A DNA stretch of 55,124 nucleotides from Paracoccaceae bacterium (GCA_040904645.1 JBBDTD010000044.1:1-55124), one strand, 5' to 3'. Positions 19,806 through 30,609 are shown, counted from the stretch's first letter. Numbers and translations are program-made. Notes: generated by a model from the letters alone, not told the origin.

Positions 19806-20039
19806 ATGTTCACCATCGAGCATGAATTCGACGCCACCGTCGTCACACTGGTGGACGAAGGCGAGACGCCGCTGAAAGAAGATGTGGCGGTCAACGTCTT
19901 TGACGACTGCGTGACGTTGGAGCAATATGATCCGCGTAGCGACGACACCATTCGAATCACGCTATCCTTCACGCAGCTTCGCGACCTTGAAGCGGCGCTG
20001 GACCTTCCCGAAGGCAGCTACAGGATCAAGAAATCATGA
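19806..20039 (+). CDS. Small hypothetical protein
   Basis: GAGGAGG RBS, 77 aa, ends ALDLPEGSY, overlaps the next start. Confidence 0.8.
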   Translation: MFTIEHEFDATVVTLVDEGETPLKEDVAVNVFDDCVTLEQYDPRSDDTIRITLSFTQLRDLEAALDLPEGSYRIKKS

Positions 20040-20653
20040 AAATCGCCTGTCTGCACACGCTTGAAGCCAACGCCGCCCTTTTTGACGCCGCCTGCCCGCC
20101 GGGCGTGACGCTGGTTCACGGCCTGCGCGAGGATCTCCTGAAGCGGGCCATCGAGCGCGGCGAGGCCGATGAGGAGATCATCGAGGAGACCGCGGCGGCG
20201 CTCCGCGCCCTGGCGGCCGAGACTGGCGCGGACGGGATCCTGCTGACCTGCACCACCATCGCGCCGGGCGCCGAGCGGGCCGGAGCGATCCGCGTCGACG
20301 CGGCGCTGGCGGAGGACGCGGCGAAAGCGGCGGGGCGCGGCGGCGTGATCGAGGCGCTGATCACCATTCCGACCAGTGCGGACCCGACGCGCGCGATCTT
20401 CGAGCGATTCGCGGGGCCGGTCGGCGCGACGGTGCGCGTGACGCTGATCGAGGGCGCGCTGGCCGCCGTTCAGGCGCACGATCTGGACGGTTACGCCGCC
20501 ATCATCGCCGCTGCGGTGGACCGCTCCGACGCCGATGTCGTGGCGCTGGCGCAAGCCTCCATGGCCCCGGCCGCGCCGCTGGCGAAGCGCGCGGCGCTGA
20601 CAAGCCCGGCGGCCGGCTTGTCGGCGGCGGTGGCGGCCTCCGCGGCGGCGTAG
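20036..20653 (+). CDS. Asp/Glu/hydantoin racemase-like protein
   Basis: IACLHT, LLTCTT and ALAQASM pattern. Confidence 0.7.
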   Translation: MKIACLHTLEANAALFDAACPPGVTLVHGLREDLLKRAIERGEADEEIIEETAAALRALAAETGADGILLTCTTIAPGAERAGAIRVDAALAEDAAKAAGRGGVIEALITIPTSADPTRAIFERFAGPVGATVRVTLIEGALAAVQAHDLDGYAAIIAAAVDRSDADVVALAQASMAPAAPLAKRAALTSPAAGLSAAVAASAAA

Positions 20654-20721
20654 GCCGCGCCCCCTACCACGCGCCGGATTCTCTGCTATCGTGCCGCCAT
20701 GTTCGTGGCGGGGAAAAACTG

Positions 20722-22230
20722 ATGGCGAGAACAGCGCAAGCGCTCGGCGCGCTGTGCGCCCTCGCTCTGGCGGCATGCGCGCCGGAGCCGAAGGCGCCCA
20801 ATCTTGGCGTGCTTTACGATGTCGCCGCGAATTTCGAGTCCCAGGACCGACGGCCGGTGATCTCGATCCCCGGCACGCTTGGCTCGCGGCTGGTGGACCG
20901 AACCAGCGGCGAGATCATGTGGGGCCGGCCCCGATCGCTCAGCGTAGATCCTGATATTCCCGAGAATGCGCGCCTTATCGCGCTGCCGATCGGTGAGGGC
21001 GACGAGACGCTGCGCGAACTTCGCGACGATATCCGCACCGATGGCGTGCTGCGGGTCGCCCGCGCCTCCGTGCTCGGCATTCCGCTGGAGCTCGACATCT
21101 ATCGCGGCGTGATCTCGACCCTGATCGCGGGTGGATTCGATTTCCGCGAAACAAGGGAAGAGGAACGCACGGCGCGGACGATCAATCTCGACAGTTTCGA
21201 ATTTCCCTATGACTGGCGGCGCGATATCGTCGAAGCGGCGCAGGATCTCGACTATTTCATCACCCGCAAGACCGCTCAGGTGATGGTCACCCGCACGCAG
21301 GTCTTTGGCGATGACGCCAAGCCGGTGAAGTTCGATCTGATCTCGCATTCCATGGGCGGACTCGTGGCCCGTTATTTCCTGATGTACGGTGCCGCGGATC
21401 TGCCGGTGGACGGCTCCCTGCCGGAGGTGACCTGGGCGGGGGCGGAACATGTCGGCCGGGTGGTCTTTATCGCGCCGCCGAATACGGGGTCGGTGCTTTC
21501 GTTCGAGAATCTGGTCAACGGCAAGACGCTGGGGCCGTTCCAGCCGGCCTTTGCGCCGGCGCTCCTTGGCACTCATGTCTCGACTTACGAACTGTTCCCG
21601 CGCGACCGCCACCGGCGGGTGCGGATCAAGGGCTCGAACGAAGAGGTCAGCCTGTTCGACGTCGAATTGTGGGATCGTTACGGCTGGGGCATCCTCAACC
21701 CCGATCAGGATGAGATCCTGCAGGTGCTGATGCCGGACGAGCCGACCGCGGCGGGGCGCCGTGCGCGTGCGAAACGCCATCTGACGAAGATTCTCGCCCG
21801 CGCCGAGCAATTCCAGCGCGCGATCGACCGGCCGGTGGAGGTCCCGGAGAGCCTCGATCTCTATCTGGTCGTCGGCGGCGGCTTCGAAACGCCCGCCGTA
21901 GTGGAGTATGACCCGGAGACGCGCCGGGTGGAGATCGTCAAACTGGAGGAGGGCGACGGCGTCGTCTTGCGGGCGTCTTCCCTCCTCGATGAACGGCAGG
22001 ACGGGAATTACGATCTCGGCCTCCGTTCGCCAGTGGAGTATCGGTCGGTGCTGCTTTTGCCCGAAGAGCATGTCGATCTCACCAAGAGCGCGGTATTTGG
22101 CGACAACCTGCTCTTCTGGCTTCTGGAGGCGCCGCGGACCGGCGATCAACTCGTACGCCCGGGGCGGTTGTCCATCGCAGGCTCTCCCTCCTCCTCCCGC
22201 CCCGCGAGTTCGCCCCCGGCCGACAAATAG
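20722..22230 (+). CDS. Lipoprotein alpha/beta hydrolase (LCAT/PGAP1-like lipase or acyltransferase)
   Basis: Lipobox [25 protein letters not shown] nucleophile elbow, GDGVV, EHVDL. Confidence 0.8.
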   Translation: MARTAQALGALCALALAACAPEPKAPNLGVLYDVAANFESQDRRPVISIPGTLGSRLVDRTSGEIMWGRPRSLSVDPDIPENARLIALPIGEGDETLRELRDDIRTDGVLRVARASVLGIPLELDIYRGVISTLIAGGFDFRETREEERTARTINLDSFEFPYDWRRDIVEAAQDLDYFITRKTAQVMVTRTQVFGDDAKPVKFDLISHSMGGLVARYFLMYGAADLPVDGSLPEVTWAGAEHVGRVVFIAPPNTGSVLSFENLVNGKTLGPFQPAFAPALLGTHVSTYELFPRDRHRRVRIKGSNEEVSLFDVELWDRYGWGILNPDQDEILQVLMPDEPTAAGRRARAKRHLTKILARAEQFQRAIDRPVEVPESLDLYLVVGGGFETPAVVEYDPETRRVEIVKLEEGDGVVLRASSLLDERQDGNYDLGLRSPVEYRSVLLLPEEHVDLTKSAVFGDNLLFWLLEAPRTGDQLVRPGRLSIAGSPSSSRPASSPPADK

Positions 22231-22236
22231 CCGCTC

Positions 22237-22265
22237 TTGCCTTTTCCCACCGGATGCGCCATATC
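22237..22265 (+). promoter_or_regulatory. Putative rpoZ promoter
   Basis: TTGCCT-N17-CATATC upstream of rpoZ. Confidence 0.4.
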
Positions 22266-22303
22266 GCGGCGCTTCATGCACCTGCCCGGAAGGAGCGCCG
22301 CCT

Positions 22304-22657
22304 ATGGCCCGCGTCACCGTCGAAGACTGCGTAGACAAGGTTCCGAACCGGTTCGATCTCGTGATGCTGGCGGCGCACCGCGCCCGCACCATCGCGACGG
22401 GCGCTCCGCTCACCGTTGAACGTGACGACGACAAGAACCCGGTCGTCGCATTGCGCGAGATCGCGGAGGAGACGATCCCGGTGGAGGATCTGCGCGAGCA
22501 AGCGATCGAGGCGCTTCAGCGCCAGATCGAAGTCGACGAGCCTGAAGAGGATCGCATGGCGGCGCTGATGGGCGCCGACTCATCCGACAAACCGGCGGAC
22601 GATCTTTCCGAAGAACAGCTTCTGCGCGCGCTTCTGGCCGAGCAGAGCCAGGGCTGA
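22304..22657 (+). CDS. rpoZ: RNA polymerase omega subunit
   Basis: [20 protein letters not shown]...[12 protein letters not shown]; AGGAG RBS. Confidence 0.97.
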   Translation: MARVTVEDCVDKVPNRFDLVMLAAHRARTIATGAPLTVERDDDKNPVVALREIAEETIPVEDLREQAIEALQRQIEVDEPEEDRMAALMGADSSDKPADDLSEEQLLRALLAEQSQG

Positions 22658-22676
22658 ACTGACGCGCAGGCGGCGC

Positions 22677-23792
22677 TCAGCCGCGCGGCCTGCGCCGATC
22701 GCCCTGGAACATCTGCCTGATATCGACGCTTGAGCGTTCGCCGAGGTCGTCGAAATGACGGGCGAGCCATCGCGTCGCCGAATCGCGGCCGATTTCGAAC
22801 AGATGCCTGAGAAAGACCCATTCAGAATTCAGCTTCGACGACGCGTCGAGCGGGCGCATCCGCTTGCGTGACTGGATGATGTGGATGTGCATCTTGCGGT
22901 ATTCGTCGGGGTTGAGCTTGCCGTCCTCCAGCAGTCGCGTGACGAAATCGATCGAACGCAACTCGTGCAACAGAGCCGCGTTGAAGGTGATCTCGCCTAC
23001 CCGGTTCTGGATCTCGGCGGCGGTGCGCGGCTCTCCCTCGCGGACGACGGGATTGATCTGCACGATGACGATGTCGCGCGCCGGGCTGTCGTAAAAGAAC
23101 GGAAAGAGCGGCGGATTGCCCATATAGCCGCCATCCCAGTAATGCTTGCCGCCGATCTCCACCGCCTTGAACAGATTCGGCAGGCAGGCTGACGCCATGA
23201 CCGCGTCGAGCGTGATGTCGGCGCGCTCGAAAATATGCACGCGGCCGGTCTCCACCGTGGTGGCGGCGAGGAAAATCTCCATCTCCGGACAGGCGCGCAC
23301 CTTCTTGAAATCGACCATCTCGTCGACCAGCGCACGGAGCGGGTTGATATCCATCGGGTTGATGTCATAGGGGGAAAGCGTGTTCTGGAGGGCGCTGAAG
23401 ATGCGATAGCCGGGCGAAGTCTCCATCGACCAATCGCCGGTCATCTGCGCCCAGACCGAGCGCTGGATCGGGCTGGTCCGGCTGGATTTGGAAACCGCGC
23501 GCCAGAACTCCTCAAGCCGCTTGCGGGCTCCGGCCCCGCCATTTTCATACATGCCCTGCGCCGCGACCACGGCGTTCATGGCGCCGGCGGATGTGCCGCT
23601 GATCGCCTCGATCCAGATGCGGTCATCCTCGAAAATCTTGTCGAGAACCCCCCAGGTGAACGCGCCGTGGCTGCCGCCGCCCTGCAAAGCGAGATTGACG
23701 GATTTCACGTGGCGCGGCCTTCGCCCTGATGAGCGCTTGGGCGTGGCGGTTGGCGGGCGCCGGCGTGGCGGCTTCGATGTGCTTTCGGCCAT
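22677..23792 (-). CDS. Patatin-like phospholipase/esterase
   Basis: GGGSHG, GTSAG and DGGY motifs. Confidence 0.9.
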   Translation of the reverse strand: MAESTSKPPRRRPPTATPKRSSGRRPRHVKSVNLALQGGGSHGAFTWGVLDKIFEDDRIWIEAISGTSAGAMNAVVAAQGMYENGGAGARKRLEEFWRAVSKSSRTSPIQRSVWAQMTGDWSMETSPGYRIFSALQNTLSPYDINPMDINPLRALVDEMVDFKKVRACPEMEIFLAATTVETGRVHIFERADITLDAVMASACLPNLFKAVEIGGKHYWDGGYMGNPPLFPFFYDSPARDIVIVQINPVVREGEPRTAAEIQNRVGEITFNAALLHELRSIDFVTRLLEDGKLNPDEYRKMHIHIIQSRKRMRPLDASSKLNSEWVFLRHLFEIGRDSATRWLARHFDDLGERSSVDIRQMFQGDRRRPRG

Positions 23793-23858
23793 GGCGCGCG
23801 CTCTGTGCTGATTACGGTGATGGGATGCAAGCGATGACAAGGTTGGGCGGCAGGTCTA

Positions 23859-23873
23859 TGCTGCGCCGCACAA
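23859..23873. promoter_or_regulatory. PhaR-like TGC-rich operator
   Basis: TGCTGCGCCGCACAA in the divergent patatin/nudC intergenic region. Confidence 0.4.
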
Positions 23874-23950
23874 TTTCTCAAGCAATCTTCGGGTCCGCGC
23901 CTTGGCCCTGGCCTCTTGCCCTCTCGAGCGGCTCGGTGCATCTTCCCGCC

Positions 23951-24916
23951 ATGATCCCGGAATCCGAAGTCACGTTCGCCGGCAGCTTTCTCGACCGGGC
24001 CGACCGGTTGCGCAGCGACGCCGAAGGTATCGCCCGCCGTCTCGCCGATTCGGAGAGCAGGGTCTCGCCGCTTTGGTATGGAAAGCCGCTTTTCGATCTG
24101 ACGGAGGCGGGGCCTCGCCTCGCGTGGCTTTCCGCGACCGACGCGCTGGTCTCGGAAAGCGCGGAAGCGCCGATTTTCATGGGGATCGACGACGAGGGAA
24201 CCGGCCATTTCGCGGTCGATGTCTCGAACATCGCGCCGCCTGATGAAAAGCTGGCGGAATTCGTCGACCGGCGCACGCTTGATCTGTCGGAGACGCGCAA
24301 GTTCATCGAACTTCGTGCGATCATGGGAGAGATCGACCATCGCGACGCCGGCATCGCCGCCGCCGCGAAGGGGATATTCGAATGGCGCCAGACGCATGGT
24401 TTCTGCGCCAAGTGCGGCGGGCGGAACCAGCCCAGCCACGCGGGTTGGCGGTTTGACTGCACCGCTTGCGGGCGGCAACATTTCCCGCGCACCGATCCGG
24501 TCGTGATCATGCTGATCCTCGATGGCGATCGGGTGTTGCTCGGCCGGCAGGCGATCTGGCCGGACCGGATGTATTCCCTGCTGGCGGGCTTCATGGAGCC
24601 GGGCGAGACGGTGGAAGAGGCCGTGCGCCGCGAAGTGATGGAGGAGTCGGGCGTGCCGGTCGGCGAGGTGCGCTATGTCACCTCCCAGCCCTGGCCCTTC
24701 CCGGCCTCGCTGATGATCGGTTGCGTCGGGCGGGCGGAGGCGACAGCGATCACCATCGACCAGCATGAACTGGAAGACGCCATCTGGGTCACGAAAGCCG
24801 AGGTCGTGGAGGCGCTGGCCGGCCGGTCCGAGCGTATCGCTCCGGCCCGCAAGGGCGCGGTGGCGCAGGTGATCCTGAAATGCTGGACTGAGGGACTGAT
24901 CACCGGTTTCGACTGA
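23951..24916 (+). CDS. nudC: NAD(H) diphosphatase
   Basis: Zn finger CAKC...CTAC, Nudix box GFMEPGETVEEAVRREVMEESG, SQPWPFP. Confidence 0.95.
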   Translation: MIPESEVTFAGSFLDRADRLRSDAEGIARRLADSESRVSPLWYGKPLFDLTEAGPRLAWLSATDALVSESAEAPIFMGIDDEGTGHFAVDVSNIAPPDEKLAEFVDRRTLDLSETRKFIELRAIMGEIDHRDAGIAAAAKGIFEWRQTHGFCAKCGGRNQPSHAGWRFDCTACGRQHFPRTDPVVIMLILDGDRVLLGRQAIWPDRMYSLLAGFMEPGETVEEAVRREVMEESGVPVGEVRYVTSQPWPFPASLMIGCVGRAEATAITIDQHELEDAIWVTKAEVVEALAGRSERIAPARKGAVAQVILKCWTEGLITGFD

Positions 24917-25004
24917 TCGCCGGGTCGGGCCGGCAATTGCGCAGAGTCACACCCGCGCGCCTTCGCAGCCTTGCGGGGCGGTGCGGAGCCCCCATACTCA
25001 GACG

Positions 25005-25640
25005 ATGAAAACCCGGATACAGACCAGACAGGAGCTTGCCGCCGACGCGGTGGTTCACGCGCTTGGCGTCGGTTTTGGCCTGATCGGCGGGCCGATCCTC
25101 ATCTGGCTGGTCGCCGCGCGCGGAGAAAGTGGCGCCATCTTCGCCGTGAGCGTGTATGTCGCGACGTTGATCGCAATGTTCTCGTTTTCCGCCACCTACA
25201 ATCTCAACCGGCTGGAGCGCGCGCGGGACTGGCTGCGTCGGCTCGATCATTCGACGATCTATCTGAAGATCGCCGGCGCCTATACGCCCTTCGCCGCGAT
25301 CGCGGTCGGCGGGCTGGTCGGGGATCTGCTTCTTGCGGTGGTCTGGGCGGCGGCGGCGGTCGGCATACTTCTCAAACTGGCTTTTCCGCGTCGGTTCGAG
25401 GTGCTGTCGCTCGTTCTCTATCTTGCGATGGGCTGGGCGGCCGTGGTCGTCGCCGGAGACGTGGCGGCCAGCGTCGGCTATCTGACGATGATTCTGATCC
25501 TGATCGCGGGCGCGCTCTATTCCTCCGGCGTGGTTTTCCATTTGTGGGAGCGTCTGCCGTTCCAGAACGCGATCTGGCATGTCTTCGTGCTGGCGGCGAC
25601 GGCGGTGCTTTATGGCGCGGTGGCGCTGGAATTCGCCTGA
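25005..25640 (+). CDS. Hemolysin III / PAQR family membrane protein
   Basis: RRLDHSTIYLKIAGAYTP, YLAMGW, NAIWHVFV. Confidence 0.92.
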   Translation: MKTRIQTRQELAADAVVHALGVGFGLIGGPILIWLVAARGESGAIFAVSVYVATLIAMFSFSATYNLNRLERARDWLRRLDHSTIYLKIAGAYTPFAAIAVGGLVGDLLLAVVWAAAAVGILLKLAFPRRFEVLSLVLYLAMGWAAVVVAGDVAASVGYLTMILILIAGALYSSGVVFHLWERLPFQNAIWHVFVLAATAVLYGAVALEFA

Positions 25641-25678
25641 AGTCGGGGCGACCAGGCCAAATGACGAAGGGGGGGCGG

Positions 25679-27187
25679 ATGGCCGAATACAAGACACCGG
25701 GCGTTTATATCGAGGAGATCAGCGCCTTTCCCAATTCTGTCGTGGGTGTGGCGACGGCTGTTCCGGCGTTCATCGGCTACACCGAGAAAGCTCAGAATGG
25801 GCGGCTGAACCCCTCGCGGATCACGTCGTTGGGCGAGTTCACCCACTATTTTGGCGGCGCGCCCGCGCCGGTATTCACGCTCGGTTTCCGAGAGAAGGGT
25901 GAGCCGCTCGATCCGCTTCAAGGCGCGACGATAAAGGCGCCGGGCGGGGGCGGAGGCGGCCTGATCGATCTGAAGCGGTTGACGCCAGCCTTCGCGCTTT
26001 ATGACTCCATGCGGCTTTTCTTCTCCAACGGCGGGGGCGCCTGCTATGTCGTCTCGGTCGGCGGCTACGCTGATCAGATCGAAGCAGGCCCGCTGCTGGA
26101 CGGGCTGTTGACGCTGGAAAAGGTGGGGGAACCCACGCTTCTGGTCGCGCCCGAGACGACGCGGCTCAATCCGGCGGGGTCGGCCAAGGTTCAGCAGGCG
26201 ATGCTGGCCCAGGCGGGGACAATGCGCGACCGCTTCGCCATTCTCGACATTCACCGAGGCTGGCTTTCGCGGCAGGACGACGCCGGCGATCCGGTCGAGT
26301 CGTTTCGGAGCGGTATCGGCTCCGACCATCTGGGTTTCGGCGCCGCCTATTACCCGTGGCTGCGGGCCACCATCAACGAACCGCGCGATTTCAGTCTTGC
26401 GGATTTCGCGCCCGATCAGGGAGACGCCCTGGCGGATTTGCTGAAAGATCAGCCGCTCGCCGTCAAGCCGAAGAGCCGCGACGCCGTCTTGGCGGAGATT
26501 GAAAAACTCCGCGCGCCGCCTGAGGATCTGGCGCCGCTCGACAAGATACTCCGCATCGTCTCCCCACTATACCACGACATGCTCGCGGCTATGGCGGAGG
26601 CTGCCAATTTCGCGGCCCCCGGTGGGTTGATGGCGGGGATCTACACCAGCGCCGACAATAGCCGTGGCGTCTGGAACGCGCCGGCGAACGTCTCGGTCAG
26701 CGCGATTTCGGATTTGACGACGCCGCTCGAAGATGCGGCGCAGGAAGATCTGAACGCCCCTGTGAGCGGCCGCTCCATCAATGCATTCCGAAATTTCTCA
26801 AACCGTGGGGACGTGTTGGTCTGGGGCGCGAGGACGCTGGACGGAAACAGCACCGACTGGCGCTATATTGCCGCGCGCCGGACGGCGATCATGCTGGAGC
26901 AGTCGATCAAGCTGGCCGTCGCCAGCTATGTCTTCGAGCCGAATGACGCCAATACATGGGTCGTCATCCGCGGAATGGTGGAAAATTTCCTGACCGGAAT
27001 ATGGAAACAGGGCGGCCTCGCGGGAGCCAGGCCCGCTGATGCGTTCCAGGTTCGCGTCGGCCTCGGCCAGACCATGACGGCGATCGACGTTCTGGAAGGC
27101 CGGCTGCGTCTGTCCGTCCTTGTCGCGATGGTCCGCCCGGCGGAGTTCATCGAAATTTCGTTCGAGCAGGCGATGCAGAAAAACTGA
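25679..27187 (+). CDS. Contractile tail sheath protein, eCIS (Afp/MAC-like) type, 502 aa
   Basis: MAEYKTPGVYIEE, TAVPAFIGYT, FFSNGGG, AAYYPW, VWGARTL, VFEPNDANTW, RPAEFI. Confidence 0.92.
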   Translation: MAEYKTPGVYIEEISAFPNSVVGVATAVPAFIGYTEKAQNGRLNPSRITSLGEFTHYFGGAPAPVFTLGFREKGEPLDPLQGATIKAPGGGGGGLIDLKRLTPAFALYDSMRLFFSNGGGACYVVSVGGYADQIEAGPLLDGLLTLEKVGEPTLLVAPETTRLNPAGSAKVQQAMLAQAGTMRDRFAILDIHRGWLSRQDDAGDPVESFRSGIGSDHLGFGAAYYPWLRATINEPRDFSLADFAPDQGDALADLLKDQPLAVKPKSRDAVLAEIEKLRAPPEDLAPLDKILRIVSPLYHDMLAAMAEAANFAAPGGLMAGIYTSADNSRGVWNAPANVSVSAISDLTTPLEDAAQEDLNAPVSGRSINAFRNFSNRGDVLVWGARTLDGNSTDWRYIAARRTAIMLEQSIKLAVASYVFEPNDANTWVVIRGMVENFLTGIWKQGGLAGARPADAFQVRVGLGQTMTAIDVLEGRLRLSVLVAMVRPAEFIEISFEQAMQKN

Positions 27188-27196
27188 ACCCGGCGC

Positions 27197-29434
27197 TTAC
27201 GTGAAGCGGTTATTGCGCGGGAAACCGCGCGGCGCCATGCGCCCGGCGCTCGCCCGTTTCGCGATCCAGTCGGTAAGGTCGGTCTCCGTCCGCGTCCGCC
27301 CCGCCGGGTCAAGCCAGCTCAGCCCGTCGACGAGGGTGAAGGTGATGGCGTCCGCCAGCCCGCCATCCTTGTATTTCTGCAGCCGCACGCCCTTGCCGCG
27401 CGTCATCTCGGGGAGTTCGGCGAGCGGAAACACCAGCAGCTTCCGGTTCTCGCCCGAGACCGCGACATGCCCGCCGGCGACGCGCTTGCAGACCCGCGTT
27501 TTCGCGCCGTCTTTCAGGTTCAGGGCCTGTTTGCCGGTCCGCGTCTGCGCGATCAGATCGTCTTCGGGCGCAACGAAACCGTCCCCCGCGGAGGAGGCCA
27601 GCAAAAGCCGTCCGCCAGGGCGGTGCAGAATAAGCGCCACCATCTCTTCGTCATTGGCCATGTCGACCATCAAGCGCACCGGCTCCCCCATGCCGCGCCC
27701 GCCGGGGAGCTTGTGAACGTCAAGCGTGAAGACCCGCCCGCCCGACGCCGCCAGCAGGAGCCGATCGGTCGTCTCCGCATGGAGAATGAACCGCCCCTCG
27801 TCGCCATCCTTGAATTTCAATTCGCCGTCGAGCGGCAGATGCCCCTTCAGCGCCCGGATCCAGCCCTTTTCCGAGCAGACCACCGTCACCGGCTCGCGTT
27901 CGATCATCGCATCGAGGCTGACTTCCTCGACTGTGGGCGCCACCGCGATATCCGTGCGCCGCTCCCCGCCGGGCGTGGAGCGGCCGAAGCGGGCGCGGAT
28001 ATCGCGAATCTCTTCGCCGACCTTCGTCCATTGCAGCGCGGCGTCGGCCAGCAGCGCGTTCAGCCCGGCCTGTTCTTCGATCAGCGTGTCGCGCTCACGC
28101 CGCAGCTCCATTTCCTCCAGCTTGCGGAGGTTGCGGAGCCGCATGTTGAGGATGGCTTCGGCCTGCACGTCCGATAGTGAGAATTCCGCCATCAGAACGG
28201 CTTTCGGCTCATCCTCATAACGGATGATCTCGATTACGCGGTCGAGGTTGAGATAGGCGACGATATAGCCGTCGAGCACTTCCAGCCGCTTCGCGATCTG
28301 CTCCAGCCGGTGTTCCGAGCGCCGGCGCAGGACCTCCCGCCGGTGGGCGAGGAAGGCCAGCAGCACCTCGCGCAGCCCGCAGACCTGCGGGGTGCGCCCG
28401 TCGATCAGCACATTCATGTTGAGGCTGAATTTTATCTCAAGCTCGGTCAGCCTGAAGAGGCTCTCCATCAGCTGCGCCGGATCGACGCTGCGCGCGCGCG
28501 GCTCCAGCACGAGGCGGATGTCTTCGGCGCTCTCGTCGCGGAGATCGGCGAGGATCGGCAGTTTCTTGTCGTTGATCAGGTCTGCGACGCGCTCGATCAG
28601 GCGCGATTTCTGCACCTGATAGGGAATTTCGGTGACGACGATCCGCCAGGACCCGCGCCCGATATCCTCGACCTCCCAGCGCGCCCGGAGCCGGAACGAC
28701 CCGCGGCCGGTGGCGTAGGCGGATACGATGCTCGCGTGCGGTTCGACCAGAACGCCGCCTGTTGGGAAATCCGGACCGGGGATGATCTCCGCCAGAGTCT
28801 CCACCCGCGCGTTCGGCGATTTGATCAGGTGTAAAAGCGCGTCGCAGACCTCATGCACGTTATGCGGCGGGATCGAGGTCGCCATGCCGACCGCGATCCC
28901 GGAGGAGCCGTTGGCGAGCAGATTGGGAAATGCGGAGGGGAGCACGATCGGCTCACGTTCCGTGCCGTCGTAATTGTCACGAAAATCAACGGCGTTCTCA
29001 GCGAGGCCGACCATCATCGCCTGCGCGGCGGAGGTCAGCCGCGCTTCAGTGTAGCGCTGAGCGGCAGCGTTGTCGCCGTCGACATTGCCGAAATTCCCTT
29101 GTCCGTCGACCATCGGATAACGTTGGGAGAAATCCTGCGCCAGCCGAACCAGCGCGTCATAGATCGCCTGATCGCCATGTGGGTGATAGGAGCCCATCAC
29201 CTCGCCGACGATCTTGGCGCATTTGCGAAACGCCGATCCCGGCTCCAGCTTCAGCCCCCGCATCGCGTAGAGGATGCGCCGGTGCACCGGTTTCAGCCCG
29301 TCGCGCACATCCGGCAGCGCGCGGTTGGTGATGGTGGAGAGCGCATACTGCAGGTACCGCTCACCGAGTGCGCGCCGCATCGGTTCCGATGCGGTTTCGC
29401 CATCCATTTTGTCGTCGTCGCTGATTTCACCCAT
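27197..29434 (-). CDS. parC: DNA topoisomerase IV subunit A
   Basis: [29 protein letters not shown]; short C-terminal domain with no GyrA box. Confidence 0.95.
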   Translation of the reverse strand: MGEISDDDKMDGETASEPMRRALGERYLQYALSTITNRALPDVRDGLKPVHRRILYAMRGLKLEPGSAFRKCAKIVGEVMGSYHPHGDQAIYDALVRLAQDFSQRYPMVDGQGNFGNVDGDNAAAQRYTEARLTSAAQAMMVGLAENAVDFRDNYDGTEREPIVLPSAFPNLLANGSSGIAVGMATSIPPHNVHEVCDALLHLIKSPNARVETLAEIIPGPDFPTGGVLVEPHASIVSAYATGRGSFRLRARWEVEDIGRGSWRIVVTEIPYQVQKSRLIERVADLINDKKLPILADLRDESAEDIRLVLEPRARSVDPAQLMESLFRLTELEIKFSLNMNVLIDGRTPQVCGLREVLLAFLAHRREVLRRRSEHRLEQIAKRLEVLDGYIVAYLNLDRVIEIIRYEDEPKAVLMAEFSLSDVQAEAILNMRLRNLRKLEEMELRRERDTLIEEQAGLNALLADAALQWTKVGEEIRDIRARFGRSTPGGERRTDIAVAPTVEEVSLDAMIEREPVTVVCSEKGWIRALKGHLPLDGELKFKDGDEGRFILHAETTDRLLLAASGGRVFTLDVHKLPGGRGMGEPVRLMVDMANDEEMVALILHRPGGRLLLASSAGDGFVAPEDDLIAQTRTGKQALNLKDGAKTRVCKRVAGGHVAVSGENRKLLVFPLAELPEMTRGKGVRLQKYKDGGLADAITFTLVDGLSWLDPAGRTRTETDLTDWIAKRASAGRMAPRGFPRNNRFT

Positions 29435-29487
29435 AGATGCGGTATAGGGGCGCAAGGGGCGTCTGGTCCAGAGAGGAAGGTGCAACC

Positions 29488-30318
29488 ATGCGGACAATCC
29501 TGATCACCGGCTCATCCTCCGGCATCGGGCTGGAATCGGCGCGGGCGCTGAAGGCGCGGGGCTGGCGCGTCTTCGCCACCTGCCGCAAGGCGGAGGACGC
29601 CGCGCGGCTAGGCGACGAGGGGTTCGAGAGTTGGCGGCTCGACTACGCGGACGAGGTGTCGGTCGCGGAGGGGGCCGCGCGGGCGCTGGAACTGGGCGGC
29701 GGGCGGCTGGATGCGCTTTTCAACAATGGCGCCTGGGCGGTTCCAGGGCCGATGGAGGATGTGCCGCGCGATGCGATGCGGGCGATCTTCGAGGCCAATC
29801 TCTTCGGCCCCCAGCAACTTTCCGCAGCGTTGATCCCGGCGATGCGTGCGGCGGGGTCAGGGCGCATCGTCAATTGCTCCTCCGTCCTCGGCATGGTCGC
29901 GGCGCCCTATCGCGGCCCCTACAACGCGACGAAATTCGCGCTCGAAGGGCTGACGGACACTTGTCGTCGCGAATTGCGCGGCTCCGGGGTCGAGATGATC
30001 CTGATCGAGCCCGGCCCGATCCTGACCCCGTTCCGGCGCAACGCCCGGGCGCCGTTCGAGCGCTGGATGAAGCCGGCGCGCGCCGCTTCGACCCATCAGC
30101 CGGAAATCTGGGAGAAGATCGAGCGGCGGCTCTACAAGGACAAGGACGGCGGCCGATTCGACCTGCCCCCCGCCGCCGTGGCGCACAAACTGATCCGCGC
30201 GCTTGAGGATCGCCGCCCGAAGGCGCGCTACTTCGTCACCACGCCGACCTACGCCGCCGACCTCTTTCGCCGGCTGCTGCCGACGCGGGCGTTGGACCGG
30301 ATCATCGGCGGGCGCTGA
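29488..30318 (+). CDS. Short-chain dehydrogenase/reductase
   Basis: [16 protein letters not shown]. Confidence 0.92.
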   Translation: MRTILITGSSSGIGLESARALKARGWRVFATCRKAEDAARLGDEGFESWRLDYADEVSVAEGAARALELGGGRLDALFNNGAWAVPGPMEDVPRDAMRAIFEANLFGPQQLSAALIPAMRAAGSGRIVNCSSVLGMVAAPYRGPYNATKFALEGLTDTCRRELRGSGVEMILIEPGPILTPFRRNARAPFERWMKPARAASTHQPEIWEKIERRLYKDKDGGRFDLPPAAVAHKLIRALEDRRPKARYFVTTPTYAADLFRRLLPTRALDRIIGGR

Positions 30319-30327
30319 TCCGCCGGG

Positions 30328-30609
30328 TCAGAGCAGGGTCTGGAGCTGCATCGCCACCGAAAGGTCGCCATCGACCTTGATCTTGCCGGTGAGGAACGCC
30401 GTCATCGGGTTCAACTCGCCCTTCAGAAGCTTTTCAAGGTTCTTCTTCGAGAGGGAGATCGTGCAATCCGCTTCCATGTTCTGGCGCGTCACTTCGCGGC
30501 GGTTGATGATCAGGACGCCGTCGTCGCCGCAATCGAATTTCATGACCTTGTCGAAATCGGACGCGGCGACCCGGTCGCGCATCTCTTGCGGAATATCCTC
30601 ATCGGCCAT
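30328..30609 (-). CDS. SCP2 sterol/lipid-binding domain protein
   Basis: GELNPMTAFLTGKIKVDGD. Confidence 0.88.
   Translation of the reverse strand: MADEDIPQEMRDRVAASDFDKVMKFDCGDDGVLIINRREVTRQNMEADCTISLSKKNLEKLLKGELNPMTAFLTGKIKVDGDLSVAMQLQTLL

Noticed and set aside
24971-25678. Apparent 236-aa N-terminal extension of the sheath, and the hemolysin III gene as an eCIS toxin
   Set aside because: The extension is an off-frame read of the PAQR gene. HlyIII/PAQR proteins are common membrane-homeostasis proteins, not injected effectors.
29160-29190. ParC quinolone-resistance region reads HPHGDQA rather than HPHGDSA
   Set aside because: Non-Ser residues here are a common natural state in alphaproteobacteria and are not evidence of acquired resistance.
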